The notes below the pieces were generated by a model. It was not told the origin of the DNA and ran no database searches. It worked only from the letters and a program-made list of their open reading frames with translations. Positions 52,951 through 64,000 of a DNA stretch of 64,000 bases are shown here, in pieces; position 1 is the first letter of the stretch; each line of letters opens with the position of its first letter. A program made the translations under genes and the position numbers. Source of the stretch: Camelus ferus (taxonomy: Eukaryota); contig NC_045696.1 of NCBI RefSeq assembly GCF_009834535.1, positions 95,232,001 to 95,296,000 on the forward strand. The letters are read 5' to 3'.

Positions 52951-55900
52951 TCGTTTTCAGCTGACTTTCTTAGATACACGTTGAGAAGTAAGTGATAAAC
53001 AGCAGTGTAAACGCAAAATATTTACTGTGCCCCCTTTTTAAAGTACATCTTTTTCAAAATACCACATCAATTTTCCTGAAATATCTCTGAGTAGGCTATG
53101 TGATTTTATTGTTCAAGATGGACTACTATGAAAAATAGGAACTAAATAATTTCTTATTATTAGGGTGACTAAGAGATTAGTCAGAAATGATATTCAGCTT
53201 TTCTGGTTCAGTGATTTCCTCTAGGCTTCGTACAAATAGCATAAACTTTCTCCAGTAAAGCTCAGATTAAATCAAAAGCTAGTGTTTTGATAGAGCTGTT
53301 CATTCAGAAGTCCAAGTTTCCATTCTTTTTTTTTTCATTTTTCAATATGCCATGGATATCATGTTACATTGCTACTAACTTACAAAATAATAAGAAATAA
53401 GTTTCCAGTTGTTCTATTCACTGAACAAAGCCACTGATGCTTGCATTTTTCTTAAATGTTGTTTACGTACTTTTTCAAATGATAAAACAAGATACTGTAG
53501 GTAACACAAGTCAAAAACTAGCTCTTTACATTGGTACTAAGATAAACAAATGCGACAGCTAGAAATAATTACATAGTAACCTATGAAGAAGTGTTACTTC
53601 AGTATTTTCAAATGTCTACAGTGTGTTTACCTAAGTACTCTGTTTAGCGCGAGGGACACATTCCTGGGGAATGAGCCCCAGGGGAGGGCATGGAAGCCTG
53701 TATTTACACGGATGTGAGTTTGCTTCTCTTCCTCTCTCTTCAAAGTCCCACCTCAGTTTTCTTCTGCAATCACTCTTTCTGTCCCCAGGCTGCAGGAAGG
53801 TTTGCTATGTTCCCCATAATGCTCCAAGACCTGCAGAAAGCCTTAACTTCATACTGATATTTATCCTGTTTCCCCAATCTTTTCCTCCGGCAGTTAAAAA
53901 CCTGCCATGATAGTATCAAGTCCATTGCTTTCTTTTTCATCCTTTATACTTTTGGGTGTTAACTGTTGCTGGCTAAATGTTTAAAAACACACAGTGCATT
54001 AAAAAAAAAATTCACAGTGCACGATGTGCCTTTATCACAATTACTATCAAAACCAAATAAAAACAGAGATAGAAAACACACTCAATTCTTCTAAACCACT
54101 GTAATTTCCTTAATCCATTTTTATTTATCTTATTTAGGATATAATTACATGGGCAAGTGTTAATTTTTAGAATAGTATGAACTACCTTTTTGCTTATCTG
54201 TGTTTTCCCCTCTACTCATTCTCAAAAGCTCTTTAAATGCAGGTATGGTAATTCAACCTGCATAGTCAATATCTTATAATCTAAAATGTTCTCAATTGTA
54301 CTGTAACAACTGGCTGTTACCACAAAAGAAAATGAGGAATTTCACCCAATTTCTTTCAATGAATTCTTTGCAGGGACTTAAAATAAGTACTGTTTTCTAA
54401 AAATAATAAACAGGAAGAAGAATGTGCTATCACTAAGTTTAGCCATTTATCCATCCATTCACTCTTTTATTTTCACCAACACACTCATTTATTCAATTAA
54501 TACACATTGGCTTTATCCAGCTACTTGAGTAAATAATGTATTTTGTTGATACAGCAAATTCTGTATTCTCCAGTGTTTGTTAAAAATATATTTTCTCCTT
54601 AAGGGCAGGTGTTTGTTTTCCGTACCTTATCTTTCTTACTATTTTATTCACTTTCTCTTTTGTAAAGTTATTTTGGACAACAGTAATAAGTCTCAGAACT
54701 ATAGAAGAAATTTTAACAATGATCTTGACTTTTCCAATGTATGTCTTAGCTTGAAGGAAAAGACAAGTTTGGACTCTTTTTCCTCCCACCCCACAATTCT
54801 TCTAAATAGATTAAAATCTGTACTACCAATTATATTATACAAACAATAATTATACTCCCAATTCTAGTGTTCCTGAGAGCAATATACAAGTGTGTCATTT
54901 GTGGGCAAGATTCAGGAAAAGCTTTACTACTCACAGCATACTTTTAAACTTGCATCTATACTGCTTTTCAGATACATGAATTATTTCCCAAACAAGATGA
55001 AGGCAAGCTGACAAAAGGTGCTGTGCTATGCGTTACCCCATCAGAGCTCATTGGTCCAGGAGGCAACGTGGTGGGTACGCTTCCAAGGACACATGATACA
55101 CACAAGGTAAAGGGGGGATTAAACGGGGACCTGTCATGAGGAACGAAGAAACTGAGTCAGAGTCCAGTGTTTTGTCCTCAGTCTTACATGATTTGTCGTC
55201 GTCTTTGTTGTAAAGCTCCTGACTTCCATTAAAAATTCCAAAAACGTACAAACTCTGAAGCAGAAACTGACCTGGCTCCATAAGAACTGGTATGTTTGAG
55301 TTACAGGGAGAAAATGGTCTATTTGAAGACTTAAACGTGAAATTTACATTTAAAATATCTTTGGAATGGAAATTTATAACAAAAGATAATTAAAGGATAA
55401 TTTTAACTCAATTTGAGGTCCTGTTATTTAAAGTGTCAACTGAATTAGTATTTTTTAAATAATGAATTTTTATTTTTCAGTATGTTCATCCCCATAAAGG
55501 TATTATAAAATAATTTTGGTTCTAAATGAACCTGAAGTCAAACTTTCCTCTGAGCAGAGATGTCCTTTTTAAAGGGGTCTATTTCTATGGAGCAATCTTA
55601 ATGCAGTACAGTTATGTATTCCTTTGTTATGCGAGAGTTCATTAAATGTTTACAAATATGTCAACATAGTTCCCGAACTGTAATTACATCACAGAAAGTA
55701 CCAGCTCAATCCCTCGACCGTGGACTTTGAAAACACAGTATAGGTCACTTATTTTCTAAAATTAAGGTGATTTTGTTTAGGGATTTGGTGTGGGGCCCAA
55801 GACAGAGTCTGTCACCACAAACTTTGTGAGAATTAGGTCCTGAGAAGTTTCTAATCCAGGGTCAGGAATCACTAAAACAGTTTCTAAAACTTTTGTTATT

Positions 55901-56637
55901 TTAATGTTTTTAATTGGAGGTCCTCTGTACTTTCCTCTAGGGCAATCTTCACTTTGTGTTGTAGATGGACAAGTGTGGCTTTCAATAGCCTAGGCAAACT
56001 TGTAACACAAAACTGCAGCACTGTATTTTCCTAACTTCAGAACAGTAATACAAAGTCTAGTAGGAAAACTGAAATGGGAATTACCCCAGGAAAACATATC
56101 AGCATCATTCTGAGGGTCATCAGGTTTATTCCATAAAACAATCTCTTGCATTAATCCCTGTAAAAAAAAACTCTTATTGGAAAAATGATGGAACGATAAG
56201 GAGAAAATCAAGAAGGAAGGAAAATAAAGAAACTTAAAAAAAAAATCTAGCCTATTTATGTGAAATGAATTTTTTAAAAATAAGGAAACAATGGTTTAAA
56301 TCACTACTGCTAAAAAAATTTCTGGCTGTAAGACACTGAAATGCAGAGCTGATGCGGATACATTTGAGAACAATTCTCTTTAAGTTTTCCAACGACCCAA
56401 CTTCAGATTAGTTTTGCTTTAAGTGCAGCTCCCTCTCCTCAGTCATTCATGAGCTTTTGTAAATTTGGTACCCCTCCTCCCACATGAATTTGGCCTCTGG
56501 CATTTGACCTCTTGGCCAGGAAACTCTCCTGACTTTGTTTTACCTTTTTCTCACACTGTCAGTTTCCATCAGCCCTATCTCGTAAAACAGCAGGCTAAAT
56601 AACCACTTCTGTTAGAAACAAGTCACAAAACAAAAAG

Positions 56638-56895
56638 AATAATAATAACAACAGCTATTGAGTACCTAGCACATGCCAGGCACTGTTCTAAGTGGTTTAA
56701 GTTTATTAACTTGTTTAATTTTCAAAATAACCTTATAGCTCTATTATTATCTCCAATGGAAAGATTAGATATCTGAAGTTCAGAGAAGTCAATAAGTTAT
56801 CCAAGGAAACACACGTAGTTAAGTTAGTGGTGGAGCTGGGGTTTGAGCCCCTGATCTGTCTCCAGAGCCAACGCTCTTAACCGCCAAGCTATGCC
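56638..56895 (-). mobile_element. MIR, near full length
   Basis: aataataacaacagctattgagtacctagcacatgccaggcactgttctaagtgg...ggagctggggtttgagccc...gctcttaacc. Confidence 0.9.
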
Positions 56896-57698
56896 AGCAT
56901 ATTTACAATTCTACTCAGAAATAATGCGAGGATTTCTGCAAATTATGTCCAACATATTATACACACATATACATACATACGTACATACATAGTGTTTTAA
57001 CTACACAGCCGTCCACCTAAATAAATAAAAACTGTTTTTAAAATACGTCTTTGGCTTGTTCCATGCAGCAAATTTCTTTTTCTTTTTTTCCATTACAATA
57101 TTCTTTTAAAAATTCACACAGCAAAGGCCAACTGGCAGACAGGAAATCAAGAGTGATGACTGGTGACTATTACCAAGCACCACTCAGTTTATTTACATGT
57201 TCTCTCTTAGTGTTGACACTTTTTTATTTCTGACGACAAAATTCTCCTCAGAAAGAGATCCCATTAATTGTATTTGTACCACTGCCTCTCATGTTATTAA
57301 AAGGGTAAAACAGAACAGATTAAATTGCCAAGAACACATCTGGGGCAAAGGCTGGGAGGAGAAAACTGGTACCCAGGTACCCAAGTTGTTTCCTGTATAA
57401 GGGATTTTATGAAGAGTTTAACTTTCATTAGTTATTACATACAGCTTCAACAATACCTCAAACTCACTACCTAATTAAAACTCACATGATGAGTTGCCAA
57501 AATAAACTAAAAGCAGCCATTAGAAAATGAAAAACGGGAAAAAAAATACTGCCAGGGTGCTTCCTCACGCAAATAGCATGCTAGACCCACGTATAATTCA
57601 GGGATGCACAGCCATGAAAGAAAATAATTGCAGAGAATTATAGAGAGTTAACATCTTGTAATTTCTGTTCTAGTGTAAACCTTTTCTGTTATAAGCAA

Positions 57699-57700
<2 letters not shown>

Positions 57701-57744
<44 letters not shown>
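57701..57744. repeat. (GT)22 microsatellite
   Basis: Perfect GT run. Confidence 0.97.
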
Positions 57745-57748
<4 letters not shown>

Positions 57749-59029
57749 CCATCTCTACGGACGTCTGTGTACACACAGAGAGTCTGGGAAGAGAGGGAGA
57801 GCACAAGGGAGAGGGCACATTTGAAAGTAAAAGCACGGAAGGACCCTACTTTCTACAACATAAGGTACCTGTGTTAGTGATGATGTTTGCATGTCCAGAC
57901 TCAATTTTTTGTGTATCTTCACGTAAATGTGTGTTTCTCAAAGCAAATTTTTAAAAATGTATAATAACTTAGCCCCTGATTTAAGAGCTTGTTCTTGAGA
58001 TACCCTGCAAAGTTCCACAGCGTCTTACTATTATAGAAGCCCTATTGTGACATATGGTTTTTTTCAAGTTAAGGAGACACAAATGTTCATGGAAACATTT
58101 GGTTTGACTTCACTCTCAGCTGAAGTTTTCTAAACAACCATCCTTCAGGTCGGTGCCAGCACATGCTCCCCCTGGTGTGAATGCAGGAAGCGGATGTGTC
58201 TGGTCTACACATACCAGGCCAAAGAATGGGCACACCTGTTTGGTTTATGCAAAAACACCTTTATGGAAACTTAAGTATCAACATAAATTGTTAGGTTTAA
58301 CACTAAGCAGAGTTAATTTTCTTTTTAATATGTTTTATGTTTTTAATTAACAGACTTTGATTGAAAGATGCTTTCAATCCCTTTATTCTGGAGAACTCAC
58401 ATCAAAAGAGAAGTAAAATTTACAATCAGAAAAAAACCCAAAGTTTTAGCAATCATTCCCCACAAATATTTCAGCTTTTAGAATTATACTCTGACTTCCT
58501 ACGTCATCTGCATAAGCTCTTTATTTTATTCATATATTACAAATTACAATGTCACAATATATTTTAAAGCATATTTTGATAACTTCTTTATATGAAGGTA
58601 TATACATCAATGAAATATTTATAGTTATATTTTTCAAGTCTCTGGCACCAAAATTGAGTTTTTAATGCCAGAAATATCATTTTTAACTGTATGAAAAATG
58701 AATGTAAATCGATTCCAATAGCTTTTAATTTCTGAATATGTCCTCTGCTTGAAGTTTTATAAACAAGTTGGAATACTTTATTCTTACATTCATTAACCAG
58801 GCTACATTGACCCTGTTCAATTCTGCAAGGTTCCCTAAACCAGTCATCACAAAGATTATACACGTTTAGCTTCCTGGCCACTCTGAGGATCTGTTTTACC
58901 CCTTCTCTGTCCCTGAGGGAGCCCCAGGGCAACCCACGCTCCCTGCACTGCAGCCTGGCTTTCCAGTCCCTTTGGAGGCCATGATATCCTTAGATGAGTT
59001 CTTCTGTCCCATTTCCAGAACTTATATTC

Positions 59030-59170
59030 TTTTCTTTAATTATCAAACATGCATTGAGTATCCACTGTTTTCAAGACCCTGTGTGAGGCACTGCAAATAA
59101 ATACAATAAACAACCCGACCTAAAGGAGTTGAGAATCTAGTAAAGGAGGCTAGACGCTTAAGCAGCAAGA
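59030..59170 (-). mobile_element. L2 3' end relic
   Basis: aaacatgcattgagtatccactg...gtgtgaggcactg...aaggagttgagaatctagtaaaggagg. Confidence 0.65.
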
Positions 59171-59669
59171 ATTCAAGGAGTCCCTGCTCTGACTGGTGTT
59201 CCAGGCTAACCTCTGACACTCAACTCAGCCCCAGTTAACTCTCTGTCTCCAAGATGTAAGCCCCAGCTTCTGGTTTGGACCTGCTTCAAAAGAGGAAGAA
59301 TACAAGAATGGTAACACTACCCACCATCTGCCAGGACTGTTCCCACCAACCGGTCACCATGATGCCAGGCACTGACATAGCCCAATTAAGAACAGTTCAA
59401 CCAACTTCCCGATGGTAAAACCACCCTATACTTTGGTCAGTTCTGACCTTTGATTAATTTTTCCCCCTTCCTCCACTGGCCTGTCACTGAGGTAAAATGG
59501 CTTTGACAGGGAAAGCACATAGATTCTTAGAGAACAGAAGACCACCTAATCACCAAGATCCTATCCATCTCTAAAACTCTACGGGTTTCTGACAGTCACA
59601 GACCATGAATTTCACTCTGTGAACATACTATATTTTAAAAGAAACGTGTACATCTCAATCAATTGTTAA

Positions 59670-60670
59670 AAGCCATTTATTGGAGGAGCTTGTTAATGTA
59701 CACCATTTACTGCCCATAATAACCCAGTATCTTAGGTACTATTATCAGCTTCCTACATAGATAAAGAACTGCAGAGGCGTTCATGTAACGTGCCTAAGGT
59801 CAGTTAGCAAGCAGTGGAGCTAGAATTCCAATTTTTGGAAGCCTTACTACTAGAGCTTTCCCTGGAGTACTAAAGTATGCTACTTTTGCTGTCAGCATAC
59901 ATGACATCATGATTTATTCATCATAAAAGATACAGTTAGTGATAAGAGGCAGTGTCAGAATTCAGAGAAAGTCTGAGTTTTTACTTTGTGGTTCCTGTTG
60001 CTGCTGCTGCTGCTTTGTGGAAAGCATGTATGTGTGTACGTGCTCTTGTTTTGTTTAGCGTTCCAATCAGACAGACTTGGGTCTGAATTCTGACTCGATC
60101 ACTTCCTACCTGTGTGACTTTGAGAAACTTACATAATAGCCACATCAACAATTTACTGGCTGTTTTCTATACGCTAGCCACCGCTAAGGGCTTGGCACAC
60201 CTGGTCTCATTAAATCAAATTAAATTACATCTTCATAAGAAGACAAGGAGATACTATTACTCCTCTTTCAGAGTGAGTGGGACAATAACTGAGAGAGTGT
60301 AGTAGGTAACCTTTCCAAGGTCAGAGAGCCAGTGATGAACGGCCCAGACCGAGTTGGGAGGTTTAGGTGGGAGCACCTTGATGACACCAGGTTATGTAAA
60401 GGGGTAGGACTGAATTTGGGAACTAGCATTTGCTGCCGGAACTTACAAATAGCAGGAACTCTGTGTACAAACACTGGGGCCGTATATCCTGGGTTGGAAT
60501 CTCTGGCTCCAGCTGTGATACCTTGGGCAGGTGATTCCACTTCTTTTGGCCTCAGTCTCCTCATTTGTAAAGGTAAAATAATACCACTACATACCTCCAG
60601 CTGTTTTTGCGAAGAACAAATGAGATAATTATTTGTAATGGCACTGGAGGTAGCAGGTAATCAATAGATT
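59670..60670. mobile_element. Cluster of about four MIR fragments in both orientations
   Basis: MIR cores near 59700-59840 (-), 60065-60200 (+), 60205-60360 (-) and 60470-60670 (+; ccttgggcaggtg...ctcagtctcctcatttgtaaa). Confidence 0.75.
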
Positions 60671-61074
60671 ACAATTAACGAGAGACACCGTCTTAATTTT
60701 GAGTAATTCTAATTCAGCAAGCTTTAACTTCCATACAACAGAATGAATAACATACAGGAATGTTTCATTTTTGAAGTGTAACACTCTCCTAAAGGAGCAA
60801 AAAGGTCAGCATCTCGGATCACCCCTAGACCTGTCCTCTCTTTGAGTTGCTCCAACCAAGTGCGGCTCTGCTTTTTTCTTTCTTCCTACATGGGGATGTC
60901 TAATGAGGCTGGGAACTGTGATTTATTTGTTATAACAAAGGAAATATATCATAAAAGGCTTACATTTGACACTTTCCAATGTCTATTACAAGTATTCTGC
61001 TCACAGCCCCCTAGTCTGAACAGCTCTCGTATGTACTGCAACTTTAATAAACAGCAGCACATGGAGATAAGTGC

Positions 61075-61170
61075 ACTGGGTTAGAATTCAGTGACTTGGA
61101 TTCTAGTCTTGGTCCTGGGCTTAAGAAATTGTGACTTATCGATCAGGTCTCCTGTTTCCTCACCTGTGAA
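61075..61170 (+). mobile_element. MIR fragment
   Basis: ttggattctagtcttggtcctggg...ctcctgtttcctcacctgtgaaaa. Confidence 0.6.
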
Positions 61171-62647
61171 AAAGTCATTCTACTATTTACTCATTATTTA
61201 ATATTATTTGTTATTTATTCTATTCAGCTAGTTGCTAAGGTCTTTATGGTAGCGCTGTTTTATGATATCGTGTACCTCTTCTGCACAGCCTAAAAAAAAA
61301 CAAAATCACTGAACTCTAAATATTACTGTCCTGTTCTGCTTAACATGAAGTTACTTTGCCCATAAAACATTAAATTCAACAAAACCCACTAATTCATTAT
61401 ATTCCATGACAAATATTTTTAAAGTAATTTTAGAGTGTAAGATAAATTTCTAAATGTCCATAATAAGTTCAATCTATCACTCTATCTTAATATTGATTTA
61501 AATCATTTAAAAATATTATATATAAACATATATGTTCTGTTTCATTTCTTATTCCCTGGGGAATATGAGAACTCAAGCTAAATATTAAAGGGAAAATGCA
61601 ATCTACAAACCAACTTGAGAATAATGCAAACTCCTAGCTTGAGACTGTGCCATACAACTTTTAAAATTGTAAACTAGTTATAAATGTTAAGAATCAAGGC
61701 ATTAAAATTTGCCTTTTCTGTTTTTACATATGAAATCAATTACTCAATTTAGTGCACTAGAAAGACTGCAAAACATTCCATTTACTTATGCTTTGAGGAC
61801 TAGACAGAATAAAACTTGGGTATTTTCAAGCGCAAATAAAATATTTTGTCAAACATCTTTTAGTTTTAAAAATAAGTATGCTAAATGAGCACTATCAAAG
61901 ATGAATTTTATTTTTCATTTTGTACAGCTCTTAGTTGACGTTCTTCTTTTTCATTTTTCAAACCTGTTACAGTCTTGGTTATTGAGAGAGAGCTCCAACG
62001 TGACAGTAAGCTAACAGCCTTGGCTCCAACGCTACGGAACCGATTAAGAGATTAAGTCCATTCTGAAAAGAAAACAAGGGAGGAATAAAGAAGACCTGAA
62101 TTGATAGTAAGGCCGCCAAAGATCTCGTTTTAGAAGAGGTGTCTTAGTATCACTTCGCGGAATCATGTCTATGAATGGAGGCAGAGTAAAGAATAAAGGT
62201 TATAAGTAACGGTTGCCGCAAAAGCCGTAAGGCTGAAGAGATGATTTGTGTCGTTCACTCCAAGGTGCTCCTGCCTTCTCTCTCCCACACCTCACACACA
62301 CACACGCCAACACCCCACATCTATCCTTCATCCAGGATTTTACACCCAAATGGAGTCATTTTTTATCCCCAAGAAATAGGGGCAGGGGAATAATCCCCTT
62401 TTAAAAAAAAACCCTGAAAATAAAGCCCTAAAAAAAGAGACTGCTATATGTGGAATGCTACGCGGTAATTTCTGACACAGAACAACAATGTAGCCCAGCA
62501 CAACCAGGATCTGAGCTGCTCTTCCCACTCCCTCTTAATTAATTACGGACTCAGGAATGTGAGTTTGAAGAATTTGAGCATAAAATCATTTCAGTGTTTC
62601 TGGCTGGAAACATTAATGGAGAGGCAAATAAAATACAGGTATTCTGG

Positions 62648-62790
62648 CAGGAGAGGTATAGTCCAGTGGTACAGTACATGCTTAGCATGCATGAGGTCCT
62701 GGGTTCAATCCCCGGTACCTCTACTAAAAATAAATAAATAAATAAATAAACCTAATTACCCCCAAATTAATTAACTAAATTTTAATTAAT
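62648..62790 (+). mobile_element. Camelid-type tRNA-derived SINE with 15-bp TSD
   Basis: ggagaggtatagtccagtggtacagtacatgcttagcatgcatgaggtcctgggttcaatccccggtacctc plus an (AAAT)n tail. TSD taaaatacaggtatt (62629-62643) / taaaatacaggcatt (62791-62805). Confidence 0.93.
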
Positions 62791-63163
62791 TAAAATACAG
62801 GCATTTGGAAAATTAAGTAATTTCTTTTATCTTTAACTGCTTTAATTCTCAACAAGATTCTTCTTACAAGATACACAGAGCAAAAAGATGCTTCACGAAT
62901 TCCAATTCAAAGGGTGGGAAAAAATATTTTAAAAAATCTATTCAGTGCCAAGGTTAATCTAAATAAAATCAAATAGAAATGTGAATGGCACACCAAATTC
63001 CTAAAAGAAGCATTTTAATAGGCAGTTCCTCAATCTAAGGCTCAGGTTTGGCTGTACCATCACAGCTGCCCAAGGACACTCTAGCCACTGAGTCTACATT
63101 CAGTTAATGGCTTTAGGCTTTTTTAGCTTCTAGAACAGCTTCCTAGAGAAATCAGAATCTTAC

Positions 63164-63234
63164 CTTCACATATCTTCTGGAGAGGTTTCTTGGTGCTTTG
63201 AAAACTCCTGAGGTCTATGTCAAACGGCCATTCT
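63164..63234 (-). CDS. Visible 3' part of a putative exon, open frame EWPFDIDLRSFQSTKKPLQKICE ending in phase 1
   Basis: Strong donor GAAG|GTAAGA (GT at 63163-63162). Only one of three frames is stop-free over the 71 visible nt. The 5' boundary lies in or beyond the N block. Protein not recognised. Confidence 0.5.
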
Positions 63235-63398
63235 NNNNNNNNNNNNNNNNNNNNNNNNNNNNNNNNNNNNNNNNNNNNNNNNNNNNNNNNNNNNNNNNNN
63301 NNNNNNNNNNNNNNNNNNNNNNNNNNNNNNNNNNNNNNNNNNNNNNNNNNNNNNNNNNNNNNNNNNNNNNNNNNNNNNNNNNNNNNNNNNNNNNNNNN
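63235..63398. other. N-run (gap or masked block), 164 nt
   Basis: Continuous n from 63235 to 63398, the same length as the first run. Confidence 0.99.
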
Positions 63399-64000
63399 AC
63401 CCAGCACAGGGCTCAATCGTAGCAGCAGGGGGAGGAATGTTCCCGCCCTCACAAGGGTTTAGAGGCAGCCATCAGGGAACTCAAGGGTCTGTCAATGGAC
63501 AGGGCTGAGGAAGTGGAGACATGACCACAGAGCACAAGACCCTAAGGGAACGAGGGAATGGGTACAACTAGCACAGAGCTCAGGTAGCGCTTGAAAAGAA
63601 TCACCAAAATTCCCCGCCAGAACACAAGAAGCAATGGCGAAATGCAACAAAATACATGGAGATAGGCCATTCTAGCATCCCATAAGAAAGCCAAAAACAC
63701 CGTTGAGGGGGCATATGGAGCTCTAGTTCTAGAAAGAAAAGTAGAGGAAGACATATTATAGTACGCCTACTGGATTTGAGGTTAAAAATCTATTAAGTAG
63801 CATAAAATTCCTAAGTCCCATCATTATGACATTTATATTAGGATAAGGAAATTTACAAATACAAAAAGTCACCGGTGATGATCCACAAGGCAACAGAGAT
63901 TAAAAGGCAAAGTTGTCCACTATGGGAGGAGAAAATGAACAGACAGAGAAAAGGTTAAACTATGCTGATTTTTAAATGAAGAAATAATTAAAATTGCTTT

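Larger units (their letters stand above)
233..63163 (-). other. Inferred ~63 kb intron of the minus-strand host gene
   Basis: Donor at 63163 and polypyrimidine tract just above 232, with no recognisable coding exon between. Content is repeat-rich and intron-like. Inference. Confidence 0.45.

Noticed and set aside
58588-58932. 114-aa minus-strand ORF
   Set aside because: No recognisable homology, no supporting splice sites, and length within chance expectation.

Overview
Mammalian non-coding DNA, AT-rich and dense in ancient MIR, L2, hAT and MaLR relics. Four tRNA-derived SINEs resemble the camelid family as I recall it (GGGGAGGGTATAGCTCAGTGGTAGAGTGCATGCTTAGCATGCATGAGGTCCTGGGTTCAATCCC...), which points to alpaca, llama or camel. 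The best reading is that almost the whole window is one ~63 kb intron of a minus-strand gene. An exon with a visible open frame (EWPFDIDLRSFQSTKKPLQKICE, donor GAAG|GTAAGA) ends at 63164, and the next exon ends at 56 (CGTG|GTGAGC). Both are largely hidden by N-runs of exactly 164 nt. I could not identify the gene. No complete CDS, RNA gene, CRISPR array or viral insertion is supportable, and the long ORFs in the track look like chance or L2-derived frames. The most promising leads are a CpG-retaining ETS/YY1 promoter-like element with two opposed 5' splice sites (~19.5 kb), a 35-nt minus-strand candidate poison microexon (33.8 kb), several plus-strand (antisense) exon-like units, a tiny polyadenylated retro-insertion nested in an L1 tail (2.6 kb), and a PBX-HOX/MEIS motif cluster (35.6 kb). 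None is proven, and I cannot claim a novel system from the sequence alone. Repeat families were assigned by eye from remembered consensus sequences, and old-repeat boundaries are approximate.
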